Assembly: GCA_011525945.1 (NCBI GenBank)
Contig: WYBJ01000045.1
Location: 1-59,369 of the forward strand
Source of the DNA: Burkholderiaceae bacterium
GTDB lineage: Bacteria > Pseudomonadota > Gammaproteobacteria > Burkholderiales > WYBJ01
Length of the DNA: 59,369 nt
Reading direction: 5' to 3'
The position numbers and the translations under genes are program-made. The notes under the pieces were generated by a model, which did not search any database, was not told where the DNA came from, and saw only the letters and a program-made list of their open reading frames with translations. Each line of letters opens with the position of its first letter. Positions within the stretch are counted from its first letter, which is position 1. Positions 11,326 to 20,916 of this stretch are shown in pieces.

Positions 11326-12873
11326 ATGCCAGCACAAGCCCGATTGAGCGCAGCGATGTTTTCGTCATCCGACCCAGACACCGGTCTCACCACGGCCGCG
11401 GCGGAGCCGGCCGCAGCGCTCGGCCCCCTGCGCAAGAGGGCGCACGCGCTGGCCGCCGAACCGATCGCGGCAGCGCAGCGCTTTGCCGCACTCGAGGCGC
11501 TGCGCGCCGGCGCGATCGCGACAAGCGAATCGGCGCGGGCGATCTACGCGGGCAAACCGATCCCGCTAACCGAAACCGAACGCCAGTGCTGGGAAGACTC
11601 GGTCGGCATGTGGCAGGCGTTCTACTTCGCATATGCTCTATGCGCCGATTCCGGCCAGCCGGAGGCAGCAGCGGCAACCATCGCGCAACGCGCCCTCGAT
11701 AGCCTCGGCCGAGCGATCCGCGAGCACACCCACGCCTATCGCGCCGTGCCGGGCACGATCTGGAAGGAGTTCCACACCTGCTACCGCTCCGCGCTCGATT
11801 GCTCGCTCGCGGACACGATCGTGAGCGACCCGCATCACGCCGATGCGCAAACGAGCTGCAAGCACGCCTATCTCGCCACCGTACTGTACGAATGCGCCAA
11901 TCCGTATTCGCTCTGTGCCCCGCGGATGCAGGTGCTCGGGCGCTGGCTCGCGCATTGGCGCGACCTGGTCGACATCGTACCTGCCGAGCCCTTGTGGGCC
12001 TCCCGCTCGCCGCTTGCGCTGGATCTCGGCGGGGAGGCCGGCGCGCGGCTCGCGCGTGCGATCGGCAGCGGCGAGGCCGTGCGCTACCTGGACAGCAGTG
12101 CGCTCGGCATGCGCCTGCGCGAGCTGGCCGATTGCCTGCGCAATGCCCGCGACGCCGCGGAGCTGCAGGCGGCCAGCGACATCCCGCGCGCCGTGCTGGA
12201 GCGCCTGCTGACGCACTTGTACGTGCAATGGTGCAGCACCGGCTCGGCGGCCGCCGATGAACGCCAGGGCAACGCGCAGCGGGCGCAAGTCGCGCTTGGC
12301 ATGCACGCGGTGCATTTTCAGATTTCGGGGCGCGCGTTCCGCCAACCGGGGCTGCGCTATACGCGCGAGGAAGAGCACGATCTTGCCACCTTCGGTCATA
12401 TCACCGAACGCACCGAGCAGCGCCTGCTCACCGGTCGCAGCGCCGCGGCCGAGCCGTGGGATATCGTGTCGCAGAACGGCTCCGGGCTCGCGATGCGGCG
12501 CAAGGCGGATTGCTCCTCGCGACTCGCGCTCGGCCAACTGATGGCGATGCGTACCTCGAGCATCGGGCCGCCAGGCCTCGGCATCGTGCAACGGATCAAG
12601 ATCGACGCCGCCGGGGCGGCACAGATCGGCGTTCGGCCGATCCGCGGCGAAGCGCGCGGGGTTGCCTTGCGCCACGCGGGCGACGCCGCGCAGAAGTACG
12701 AACGCGCACTGCTGATCGAAGCCGACGCCGCTCCGGCGCTGCTGATCGAGGCCGGCCGATTCGCGCCCGGCGCGCGGGTCGAGATGTACACGAGCCGCGG
12801 CGAGACCATCGCCATCGGCGCCTACGTCGAGCGCGGCTTCGATTTCGATCGCGTCGCAATCGCATCCTGTTGA
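11326..12873 (+). CDS. hypothetical protein, FimW-like / PilZ-like C-terminus (paralogue 1)
   Basis: Shares ANPY, LA.DL, RYL, ERLL..LY.QW and ERG.DF.R blocks with the downstream ORF. Family assignment from memory of motifs. Start could be 11356. Confidence 0.6.
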   Translation: MPAQARLSAAMFSSSDPDTGLTTAAAEPAAALGPLRKRAHALAAEPIAAAQRFAALEALRAGAIATSESARAIYAGKPIPLTETERQCWEDSVGMWQAFYFAYALCADSGQPEAAAATIAQRALDSLGRAIREHTHAYRAVPGTIWKEFHTCYRSALDCSLADTIVSDPHHADAQTSCKHAYLATVLYECANPYSLCAPRMQVLGRWLAHWRDLVDIVPAEPLWASRSPLALDLGGEAGARLARAIGSGEAVRYLDSSALGMRLRELADCLRNARDAAELQAASDIPRAVLERLLTHLYVQWCSTGSAAADERQGNAQRAQVALGMHAVHFQISGRAFRQPGLRYTREEEHDLATFGHITERTEQRLLTGRSAAAEPWDIVSQNGSGLAMRRKADCSSRLALGQLMAMRTSSIGPPGLGIVQRIKIDAAGAAQIGVRPIRGEARGVALRHAGDAAQKYERALLIEADAAPALLIEAGRFAPGARVEMYTSRGETIAIGAYVERGFDFDRVAIASC

Positions 12874-13104
12874 GCTCGCGCGAAGCAACCTTGCCGGGTT
12901 CGAGCACGCAGCCGGGACTCGGCCCGGAACTGCGTGCAGAAGTTAACTTCCGGGTCGAGCGGAATTGCGCTAGGGTCGTGCCTTGACTCGCTGCCGGCGG
13001 AGATTCCCCGTCGGTTCCGGCGCGGACCTGGCATCCGCTGCCACCGGTCGGCGCGGCAATGCAGCCATGACGTATGCGCACTCGCGCTGCCGCAAGGAGC
13101 TCAC

Positions 13105-14664
13105 ATGCTGATTCAACCGTCGGGACCGACCTACTACGCGCGACTGCAGTTCGCCGACGCCGCGACTTGTGTCGACTGGTTGGAGTCGATCCCGCTGCAC
13201 TACCCCGCCGAGGCGCACGAGATGGTGGCGGCGCAGATCGGCCTCGTGGGCCATGCCGATATGCCGGCGCTCGAGCGCTTGCGCGTCCTCGAGATCCTGT
13301 ATCAGAGCGCCGCGTTCTTGCAGGAAGAGCTGGCAAAACACTACATCGGACGTGCGCTGCCGCTGTCGATCGTCGAGTACTCGATTTGGAACTCGGTCGT
13401 TGCGCTGTGGCAGGCGCTGATTTCCGCCTACACGTCGCTGCTGCGGCGCTGCTTCAAGGGCGAGCGCGCCCTCGGCGCGCATGCGCCGCTGCTCGCGCTA
13501 CGCGCCATCGAGCTCAATGGCGCGACCATTCGAGAGCACCACCGCGTCTATCGCGACATCCCTGCCGCGCTCTGGAGGCAGTTGCACGAAGCCTACGCGT
13601 TCGCCGAACGCCACGGCCTGGAGGCAGCCGGCATCGCCGATCCGCTCGCCAAATCGGCGCTGGTTCGCACGCCCGCCTCGGCCTATGGCCGCGCCCTGCT
13701 CGCCCATCTTGCGAACCCGTGCACCATGTCGTCGCGTCAGATGGCGATCATGTACCGCTGGACCGGCCTGTGGGCGTCGCAGGTCGGCATCGGGCCGAGC
13801 CCGATCGCGCCGGGCGTGAGCCCGATACTCGCGGTCGACCTGAAGTCGGGGGTCGCCGCGATGTCAGCGCGCCGGATCGAGGCAGGACCCTCGATTCGCT
13901 ACCTCACGCTGGAGCAGCTCGGCCAGACCCTGCGCCGCGTGCTGGCCGCCTTACGACAGGGCGAGGATCCGGCCCAACTCGGGCTCGGTGAGGATTTGCG
14001 GCAACCTGGCTGTGAGCGATTACTCACACTCCTGTACATTCAGTGGTGCGGAACGGGCGTCGGTCAGCTTGCCCCGCGGCGCGAGCGCGGCGAGGACGCG
14101 CGTGCGGCGGTCGGATTCGAAAGCGCCTGCCGGCGACTCGCCCTGGAGCGCGAAGCATCACCCGCCGGTTTGCCGTCGCTTCGCAGCAACGCGGCGACCC
14201 TCACCGAACAGTGGTACGTCTGTAGCGCGAACGGCTCCGGGTTCATCGCACTCAAGCGCGGTCCCGAATGCGACGAACGCATCCAGCATCACCAGTTGAT
14301 CGCGATTCGGCGCCGCAGCGCGGCACACTTTCAGCTTGCCGTTGCGCAATGGTTGCGGCTCGAGGAGGATGGCGACCTGTCGATCGGGTTACGCCTGCTG
14401 CCGGGAACACCCCTGGTGAGCCGCGTGCGACTCGACAGCACACGCGCAGCCGCAGGTGCGGGCGCGGAGTCTGGCCCCTCGGTCATCGTCTTACCCGCCG
14501 TGCCCGAGATGCGAGCACCGGCGAGCGTGTTGCTCGCAGCGGATGTGTTCCAGCCGGGACGGGAGCTGGTAGTGCTTTCGGGCGCCCTGCGGCGCGTGCG
14601 CCTGGTTCGGCTACTGGAGCGCGGCGCGGATTTCGAGCGCGCCGCGTTCGAAATCATCGCCTAA
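13105..14664 (+). CDS. hypothetical protein, FimW-like / PilZ-like C-terminus (paralogue 2)
   Basis: AAGGAG RBS before ATG 13105. ANPC, LAVDL, ERLLTLLYIQW and LLERGADFER blocks. Confidence 0.65.
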   Translation: MLIQPSGPTYYARLQFADAATCVDWLESIPLHYPAEAHEMVAAQIGLVGHADMPALERLRVLEILYQSAAFLQEELAKHYIGRALPLSIVEYSIWNSVVALWQALISAYTSLLRRCFKGERALGAHAPLLALRAIELNGATIREHHRVYRDIPAALWRQLHEAYAFAERHGLEAAGIADPLAKSALVRTPASAYGRALLAHLANPCTMSSRQMAIMYRWTGLWASQVGIGPSPIAPGVSPILAVDLKSGVAAMSARRIEAGPSIRYLTLEQLGQTLRRVLAALRQGEDPAQLGLGEDLRQPGCERLLTLLYIQWCGTGVGQLAPRRERGEDARAAVGFESACRRLALEREASPAGLPSLRSNAATLTEQWYVCSANGSGFIALKRGPECDERIQHHQLIAIRRRSAAHFQLAVAQWLRLEEDGDLSIGLRLLPGTPLVSRVRLDSTRAAAGAGAESGPSVIVLPAVPEMRAPASVLLAADVFQPGRELVVLSGALRRVRLVRLLERGADFERAAFEIIA

Positions 14665-14800
14665 GGAGCCTGTCGGCTCGGCGCGCTCCGCCTTGCGCGT
14701 GTGCGTTCCGCTGCCTATCATGAACGGCGTTACCAAATTCCCGGCGGCGGCGTCTCTCATCGCTACGGCGACGTTCGACCGCATCCCTCGAAGGTCAGTT

Positions 14801-15190
14801 ATGGCGAATGCCCGCGTTGCGGCCCCCGCTGCGCTTGCAATCACCCTGCATCAGAAATCGCGTGCACTGGAGATCCAGTTCGCCGACGGCAAGCTTTTCC
14901 GCCTGCCGTACGAATTCCTGCGTGTGTTCTCGCCGTCGGCGGAAGTGCGCGGTCATGGGCCAGGCCAGGAAGTGCTGCAGACCGGGAAGAAGGACGTCGC
15001 GATCGTACGCGTCGAGCCCGTGGGCAATTACGCCCTGCAGCTCGCTTTCTCCGATGGCCACGACACCGGCATCTACTCCTTCGATCTGCTGTACGAGTAC
15101 GGCTTGCGGCACGAGCGCATGTGGGCCGAGTACTTGCAGCGCCTGACACAGGCCGGAGCGAGCCGTGAAGCACCCGCCGACAAATCGTGA
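14801..15190 (+). CDS. DUF971 / gamma-butyrobetaine hydroxylase N-terminal-like protein
   Basis: EFLRVFSPSAEVRGHG and PVGNYA...FSDGHDTGIYS motifs. Typical position upstream of ubiE. Confidence 0.9.
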   Translation: MANARVAAPAALAITLHQKSRALEIQFADGKLFRLPYEFLRVFSPSAEVRGHGPGQEVLQTGKKDVAIVRVEPVGNYALQLAFSDGHDTGIYSFDLLYEYGLRHERMWAEYLQRLTQAGASREAPADKS

Positions 15191-15968
15191 CGCCGAGCCG
15201 CACGGCGCGTTCGCCGCGGCGAGACCCGATGCCGCCCGGACTGCCGACTTCGGCTTCCAGGCCGTACCCGAGGCGGACAAAGCGCACCGGGTAGGCGCCG
15301 TTTTCAGCTCCGTCGCCCCGCGCTACGACCTGATGAACGATCTCATGTCGGGCGGCATGCACCGGCTGTGGAAGACCTTCGCCGTCGAACTATGCGCTTT
15401 GCGCCCGGGCGAGCGCGTGCTCGATGTCGCCGCCGGCACCGGCGATCTGGCCTTGAAGCTGTGGCCGCGGGTGATGCCGGCTGGCGAGGTCGTGCTCGCC
15501 GACATCAACGAGGCAATGCTGCTGCGCGGGCGCGACCGGCTGCTCGATGCGGGGATGCCCGCCGGCGCGATTCGTTGCGACGCCGAGCGCATGCCCTTTG
15601 TAAGCGATCACTTCGATTGCATTACGATCGGCTTCGGCCTGCGCAACGTCACGCGCAAGGAAAACGCGTTGCGCGAAATGCACCGCATGCTGCGCGCGGG
15701 AGGACGTCTGATCGTGCTCGAGTTCTCGCGCGTGCATCGTGCGCTTGCGCCGCTCTATGATGCGTATTCCTTCGGCGTCCTGCCCCTGCTCGGCCGGCTG
15801 GTCGCAGGCGATGCTGCCAGCTATCGCTACCTGGCAGAATCGATCCGCGTTCATCCCGACCAGAATCAACTGCGTGATCTGTTCGTCCGGGCAGGGTTCG
15901 AGCGCGCCGACTATTTCAATCTGGCCGCCGGCATGGTCGCGGTGCACCGTGGCTTCAAGCTGGGTTGA
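15165..15968 (+). CDS. ubiE: ubiquinone/menaquinone C-methyltransferase UbiE
   Basis: FSSVA.RYDLMNDLMS.G.HRLWK, LDVAAGTGD, FGLRNVT and YRYLAESI motifs. GTG start uncertain. Confidence 0.95.
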   Translation: MKHPPTNRDAEPHGAFAAARPDAARTADFGFQAVPEADKAHRVGAVFSSVAPRYDLMNDLMSGGMHRLWKTFAVELCALRPGERVLDVAAGTGDLALKLWPRVMPAGEVVLADINEAMLLRGRDRLLDAGMPAGAIRCDAERMPFVSDHFDCITIGFGLRNVTRKENALREMHRMLRAGGRLIVLEFSRVHRALAPLYDAYSFGVLPLLGRLVAGDAASYRYLAESIRVHPDQNQLRDLFVRAGFERADYFNLAAGMVAVHRGFKLG

Positions 15969-16093
15969 TGCGCCGAGGCGACAGGCCGCGGCAGCCCATT
16001 CGCATTGTCGATGGCCGTCGCATCCGATTCCCTTACGGCTTCGGTATGTTGCTAGAATGGCGCGGCTTTACTTTCCCCCATGAAGGAGGAACC

Positions 16094-16954
16094 GTGAACA
16101 GAATTCTTGGTGCAGTCTTTGCGGTACTGGTCGGGTTCGGCATGTCGATTCCCGATTCGGAGGCGGCGCGACGCCTCGGAGGCGGCAAGTCCTTCGGCAC
16201 GCAGCGCCAGTCCACGCCCCAGCAGCCTCGTCCCGACAAAGCGCCACAGGCAGCGCCGCAGCAGCAGCCCGGCGCCGCAGCCGCGCCCGCAGCCGGCGGC
16301 AGCCGTTGGCTCGGGCCGGTGGCGGGGCTTCTGGCGGGCGGCCTGCTCGGCGCCATGATCTTCGGCGGTGCGTTCGACGGTATCAAGCTCATGGACGTTC
16401 TGCTGATCGGCTTGCTTGCGTTCGGGCTCGTCTATCTGTTCAGGATGTTGCGCAAGCCACAGCCATCCGCGCGCTCGCAGGGGCCGTTGCAGTATGCGGG
16501 CGTTGGCGCCGACCCCCGAACCGAACCGGCAGCCCCCAGCGCGGGCGCAGGCGCCGCCGCGGCTATTCCGGCCGAGCGTTACTTCCCGGCGGGTTTCGAT
16601 GCCGAGGGTTTCGCCGAGCAAGCGAAGCGCAATTTCGTTCGCCTGCAGGAAGCCAACGATCGCGGCGACTTGGCCGCGTTGCGCGACATGATGACGCCAG
16701 CGCTGTACCCGGAGATCGAAGCCCAGGTTCGCGCCCGCGGCGGAGAAGCGCAGAAGACCGAAGTCGTCACGCTCGATGCCCAGGTGATCGAAGTCGTCAC
16801 CGAGGGCGGTCACTATATCGCCAGCGTGCGCTTCACCGGCCTCATGAAGGATGAGCCGGGTGCGCAAGCCGAATCGTTCAGCGAAGTATGGCACCTGCAA
16901 AAACCGCTAAACGGTTCGAGCGGATGGCTGATGGCGGGCATTCAGCAGGACTGA
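16094..16954 (+). CDS. Tim44-like domain protein
   Basis: AEA.RLGGGKSFG N-terminus, Gly-rich TM and F..LQ.A.D..D ... E.W.. W..AGIQQ. AAGGAGG RBS before GTG 16094. Conserved ubiE-ubiJ context. Confidence 0.9.
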   Translation: MNRILGAVFAVLVGFGMSIPDSEAARRLGGGKSFGTQRQSTPQQPRPDKAPQAAPQQQPGAAAAPAAGGSRWLGPVAGLLAGGLLGAMIFGGAFDGIKLMDVLLIGLLAFGLVYLFRMLRKPQPSARSQGPLQYAGVGADPRTEPAAPSAGAGAAAAIPAERYFPAGFDAEGFAEQAKRNFVRLQEANDRGDLAALRDMMTPALYPEIEAQVRARGGEAQKTEVVTLDAQVIEVVTEGGHYIASVRFTGLMKDEPGAQAESFSEVWHLQKPLNGSSGWLMAGIQQD

Positions 16955-16957
16955 AGT

Positions 16958-17521
16958 TTGCTCACGCAGCTCGCTGTCGCACCCATCAATCACGTCCTGC
17001 GGGGCGAGAGCTGGGCGCTTAGGCGGCTGGCTGAGTTCGCAGGTCGCAGCGCGCGCTTCGATATCGCCCCGTTTTCGGCGCTCGTCACCGTGCGCGATAG
17101 CGGCGAGCTTGCCGCCGCCGCATCGGACACGGTGGCGGATGTCCACATCCGTCTTACGCCAGCGGCGGCTGCCCGCATTCTTTCCGGCGACCAGGCAGCC
17201 TACGATGAAGTGCGGGTCGATGGCGACAGCGAATTCGCGCAGGCGTTGCAATTCGTCATTCGCAACGCGCGCTGGGACGTCGAAGAGGATCTCGCGCGCG
17301 TCATCGGCGATACCGTGGCGCACCGAGCCGTAGGGGCCGGCCGTGCCGTCGTGCAGTTGCAGGCTCGCGCGGCCGCGAGCCTTGCGCGCAATCTGAGCGA
17401 TTACTGGCTGGAAGAACGCCCGTTGATCGCGCGCCGCGCCGACGTCGCGAACTGGGTGCACGAAGTCGACCGCCTGCGTGACGATGTCGAACGCCTTGCC
17501 CAACGCATTGCCCGCCTGTAG
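16958..17521 (+). CDS. ubiJ: ubiquinone biosynthesis accessory factor UbiJ
   Basis: SCP2-like N-terminus, WDVEEDLAR.IGD..A and C-terminal coiled coil VDRLRDDVERL. Lies between ubiE and ubiB. Confidence 0.88.
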   Translation: MLTQLAVAPINHVLRGESWALRRLAEFAGRSARFDIAPFSALVTVRDSGELAAAASDTVADVHIRLTPAAAARILSGDQAAYDEVRVDGDSEFAQALQFVIRNARWDVEEDLARVIGDTVAHRAVGAGRAVVQLQARAAASLARNLSDYWLEERPLIARRADVANWVHEVDRLRDDVERLAQRIARL

Positions 17522-17589
17522 CAACGTTCGCCGCGCCTGGCGCGTTCGCGATGACGTGATCTCGATCTGATCGGCCCTGCGCTCGCGGT

Positions 17590-17595
17590 TAGAAT
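17590..17595 (+). promoter_or_regulatory. putative sigma70 -10 element (TAGAAT) 6 nt before the ubiB ATG
   Basis: TAGAAT-N6-ATG, with no Shine-Dalgarno. Confidence 0.45.
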
Positions 17596-17601
17596 CCGCC
17601 G

Positions 17602-19122
17602 ATGCGCCTGTTGCGGTTGATCAGGATCGTGTGGATTGCCTTGCGCTTCGGGCTCGACGAGTTCGTGCTGGGGCACGATCGATTCCGGGCGATCCGCCGA
17701 CTGGTGGGCGCACTGACCTCCTGGCGCAAGCTCGAAGGATCACGCCCGGTGCGCTTGCGCCTGGCGCTGGAGGCGCTGGGGCCGATCTTCGTCAAGTTCG
17801 GTCAGCTCCTCTCCACCCGGCGCGATCTGCTCCCGCCCGACCTCGCCGACGAACTGGCAAAGCTGCAAGACCAGGTTCCGCCATTCGCATCGTCCAAGGT
17901 ACGCGAGACACTCGAGCGCACCTACCAGCGTCCGGTCGAGAGCGTGTTCCAGGCGTTCGATTTCACGCCGATCGCAAGCGCCTCGGTCGCACAGGTGCAC
18001 CTGGCGCTGCTGCCCGACGGGCGCGAGGTGGCGGTCAAGATCCTGCGCCCCGGTATTCACGCGATCATCGCGCACGACATCGCGCTGCTCGATGACGGGG
18101 CGACGTTGATGCGCCTGCTCTGGCGCGAAGGCCGGCGGCTGAAGCCGCACGAGGTCGTGGCCGAGTTCGCCAAGCACCTCGAAGACGAGCTCGATCTCAT
18201 GCGCGAGGCCTCGAGTGCGAGCCAACTGCGCCGCAACTTCGAGGACTCGCCGCTGCTGCTGGTGCCCGAAGTCCACTGGGACTATTGCAGCGTTGAAGTG
18301 ATGGTGATGGAGCGCATGCGCGGCACGCCCGTCAGCCACGTGGCCGAACTGCGCGCCCAGGGAATCGACATACCGCACCTTGCCCGCGCGGGTGTCGAGA
18401 TCTTCTTCACCCAGGTGTTCCGCGACGGCTTCTTTCACGCCGACATGCACCCGGGCAACATCATGGTCGACCGCGACGGGCGCTACATCGCGCTCGACTT
18501 CGGCATCATGGGTACCTTGAGCGACACCGACAAGCATTATCTCGCACAGAACTTCCTCGCCTTCTTCCACCGCGACTACAAGCGCGTGGCCGAATCCCAC
18601 ATCGAATCGGGCTGGGCGCCGAAACAGACCCGCGTGGACGAGTTCGAGGCGGCCATCCGCGCGGTGTGCGAGCCTGTGTTCGACCGCCCGCTGAAGGAGA
18701 TCTCGCTCGGCAAGCTGCTGATGCGCTTGTTCCAGACCTCGCGGCGCTTCAACATCGAGGTGCAACCGCAGTTGGTGCTGTTGCAGAAGACGCTGCTCAA
18801 TATCGAGGGCCTGGGACGCGATCTCGATCCCGAGCTCGATCTGTGGGTAAGCGCCAAGCCGTATCTGGAGCGCTGGATGTCGGAGCAGATCGGCTGGCGA
18901 GGGCTCGTGCGCCGGGTGAGGCAGGAAGCGCCGAACTGGGGTGTGTGGCTGCCGCAGGTGCCGCGCCTCGTCTACCGCGCCCTGGCCGAAAGCGGACAGG
19001 AGACGATCCCGGTGACCCTCGCGCGCCTTGCCCGCGAGCAGCGCCGACAGACCTGGTTGCTCGTGCTGCTGGTGCTCCTGATGGCGGCAAGCTTCGCACT
19101 CTTGCTGCAACTCGGGAGTTGA
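17602..19122 (+). CDS. ubiB: ubiquinone biosynthesis regulatory kinase UbiB
   Basis: [41 protein letters not shown] and [10 protein letters not shown] motifs. Confidence 0.97.
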   Translation: MRLLRLIRIVWIALRFGLDEFVLGHDRFRAIRRLVGALTSWRKLEGSRPVRLRLALEALGPIFVKFGQLLSTRRDLLPPDLADELAKLQDQVPPFASSKVRETLERTYQRPVESVFQAFDFTPIASASVAQVHLALLPDGREVAVKILRPGIHAIIAHDIALLDDGATLMRLLWREGRRLKPHEVVAEFAKHLEDELDLMREASSASQLRRNFEDSPLLLVPEVHWDYCSVEVMVMERMRGTPVSHVAELRAQGIDIPHLARAGVEIFFTQVFRDGFFHADMHPGNIMVDRDGRYIALDFGIMGTLSDTDKHYLAQNFLAFFHRDYKRVAESHIESGWAPKQTRVDEFEAAIRAVCEPVFDRPLKEISLGKLLMRLFQTSRRFNIEVQPQLVLLQKTLLNIEGLGRDLDPELDLWVSAKPYLERWMSEQIGWRGLVRRVRQEAPNWGVWLPQVPRLVYRALAESGQETIPVTLARLAREQRRQTWLLVLLVLLMAASFALLLQLGS

Positions 19123-19256
19123 TGACAGCGGCGCACATCCTTTCGGTTACTGCGAGCTCGATCGGCTATCATGCGCGCGTTTTGCGTGCGTGGCCTGATG
19201 CGACGCTCGACATCGAGCGACCACCGGCAGCGCGCGTCGGCTGCGGAGATCCGTAG

Positions 19257-20783
19257 ATGCTCGCGTGGTTCGTCGTCGCCTATCTGATGGTCTCCGTGGG
19301 TATCGGCCTCTATGCCGCCACGCGCGTCCACAACACCAAGGATTTCGTGGTCGCCGGCCGCCATCTGCCGCTGCCGGTGGTGACCGCGACGGTGTTCGCC
19401 ACCTGGTTCGGCGCCGAGACGGTGCTCGGTATATCGGCCACCTTCGTGAAGGAGGGCCTGGGTGGCGTCGTCGCCGACCCATTCGGCTCGAGCCTGTGCC
19501 TCATCCTCGCCGGGCTTTTCTTCGCCCGCAAGCTCTACCGGCTGAACCTGCTCACCATCGGCGACTACTACCGCATCCGTTACAACCGGCCGATCGAGAT
19601 CATGTGCACGCTGGCGATCGTCGGTTCGTATCTGGGCTGGGTGTCGGCGCAGATCAAGGCGCTGGGACTGGTGTTCAACGTCGTGACGGCCGGCGCGCTG
19701 GGGCAGCCCGAAGGCATGATCATCGGCGCGGTGATCGTTCTCACCTACACGACCTTGGGTGGCATGCTCTCGGTGGCGGTGCTCGACTTCGTGCAGATGA
19801 TCGTCATCATGGCCGGAATGCTCTTCATTGGCTGGGTCGTTTCCGGGATGACCGGCGGTGTCGGCTCGGTGGTCGAGCACGCGGCGCAGGCCGGCAAGCT
19901 CGACTTCTTCCCGGAAGCCGGCGCGGCCGCATGGATCCCGTTCGTCGGCGCCTGGGTGACCATGATGCTGGGCTCGATTCCGCAACAGGACGTCTTCCAG
20001 CGCATCACGTCGGCCAAGGACGAAAAGACCGCCGTTCGCGGCTCGGTCATGGGCGGCTCGATCTACTTCGTGTTCGCGTTCGTACCGATGTTCCTCGCCT
20101 ATTCGGCCACGCTGGTGGATCCGAACATGTTCGGCAGCCTGCTCGAGCGCGACTCCCAACTCGTGTTGCCCACGCTCATCCTGCAACACACGCCGATGTT
20201 CGCGCAGGTCGTGTTCTTCGGCGCACTGCTGTCCGCGATCATGAGCTGCTCGGCGGCTACACTGCTCGCGCCCTCGGTCACGTTCAGCGAGAACATCATC
20301 CGCAACGCCATGCCGCGCATGAACGATCGCCAGTTCCTGTGGACCATGCGCGTCACGCTGGTCTGCTTTGCCGCGATCGTGCTGGCAAACGCGCTTACGT
20401 CCAACGAAAGCATCTTCAAGATGGTCGAGAACGCCTACAAGGTGACGCTCGTGACCGCGTTCGTGCCGCTGGCGTTCGGGTTGTACTGGAAGCGCGCGAG
20501 CATCCAGGGCGCGCTGTTCGCGGTGTTCGGCGGCTTCGGTACCTGGCTGCTGCTCGAGCTGCTGCAACCGGAAACGGTCTGGCCGCCGCAGCTCGTCGGA
20601 TTGTTCGCGGCGATCGCCGGCATGATCGCGGGTTCGCTCTTGCCGCGTGTCGTCGGCCGACCTACGCCGGCGCCCGAGCCGCATGCGCAGGCGCATCGCC
20701 CCGCCGCGGCGCAGACGCATCCGCTCCCTTCTCCCGCCGGGAGACGGGCTGGGGTTGAGGGAAGTCGCCGCCACGGCGCATGA
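19257..20783 (+). CDS. sodium:solute symporter family protein
   Basis: About 13 TM segments, AGR.LP, ATWFG.E, GSIPQQD.FQR and ALLSAIMS motifs. Confidence 0.93.
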   Translation: MLAWFVVAYLMVSVGIGLYAATRVHNTKDFVVAGRHLPLPVVTATVFATWFGAETVLGISATFVKEGLGGVVADPFGSSLCLILAGLFFARKLYRLNLLTIGDYYRIRYNRPIEIMCTLAIVGSYLGWVSAQIKALGLVFNVVTAGALGQPEGMIIGAVIVLTYTTLGGMLSVAVLDFVQMIVIMAGMLFIGWVVSGMTGGVGSVVEHAAQAGKLDFFPEAGAAAWIPFVGAWVTMMLGSIPQQDVFQRITSAKDEKTAVRGSVMGGSIYFVFAFVPMFLAYSATLVDPNMFGSLLERDSQLVLPTLILQHTPMFAQVVFFGALLSAIMSCSAATLLAPSVTFSENIIRNAMPRMNDRQFLWTMRVTLVCFAAIVLANALTSNESIFKMVENAYKVTLVTAFVPLAFGLYWKRASIQGALFAVFGGFGTWLLLELLQPETVWPPQLVGLFAAIAGMIAGSLLPRVVGRPTPAPEPHAQAHRPAAAQTHPLPSPAGRRAGVEGSRRHGA

Positions 20784-20869
20784 TTTCCCTCACCCTCGAT
20801 CCCTCCCAAGGGGAGAGGGAAGACAAGCGCGCATTTCCCTCGGTGTCGATCCCTTTCCCATCGGGGGAA
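20724..20869. repeat. cluster of three REP-like palindromic units (CCCTCACCC..CCCTCTCCC-nnn-GGGAGAGGG family)
   Basis: Units at ~20724-20762 (inverted), ~20786-20820 and ~20836-20869. Same motif family as 59244-59335. Confidence 0.7.
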
Positions 20870-20916
20870 GTCACGCACATCTCTGAGCATACGAGGGGAG
20901 CGCGGTGCGAGTCGGG

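Noticed and set aside
20724-20869. CRISPR array
   Set aside because: Units are degenerate, in mixed orientation and irregularly spaced, with no cas genes.
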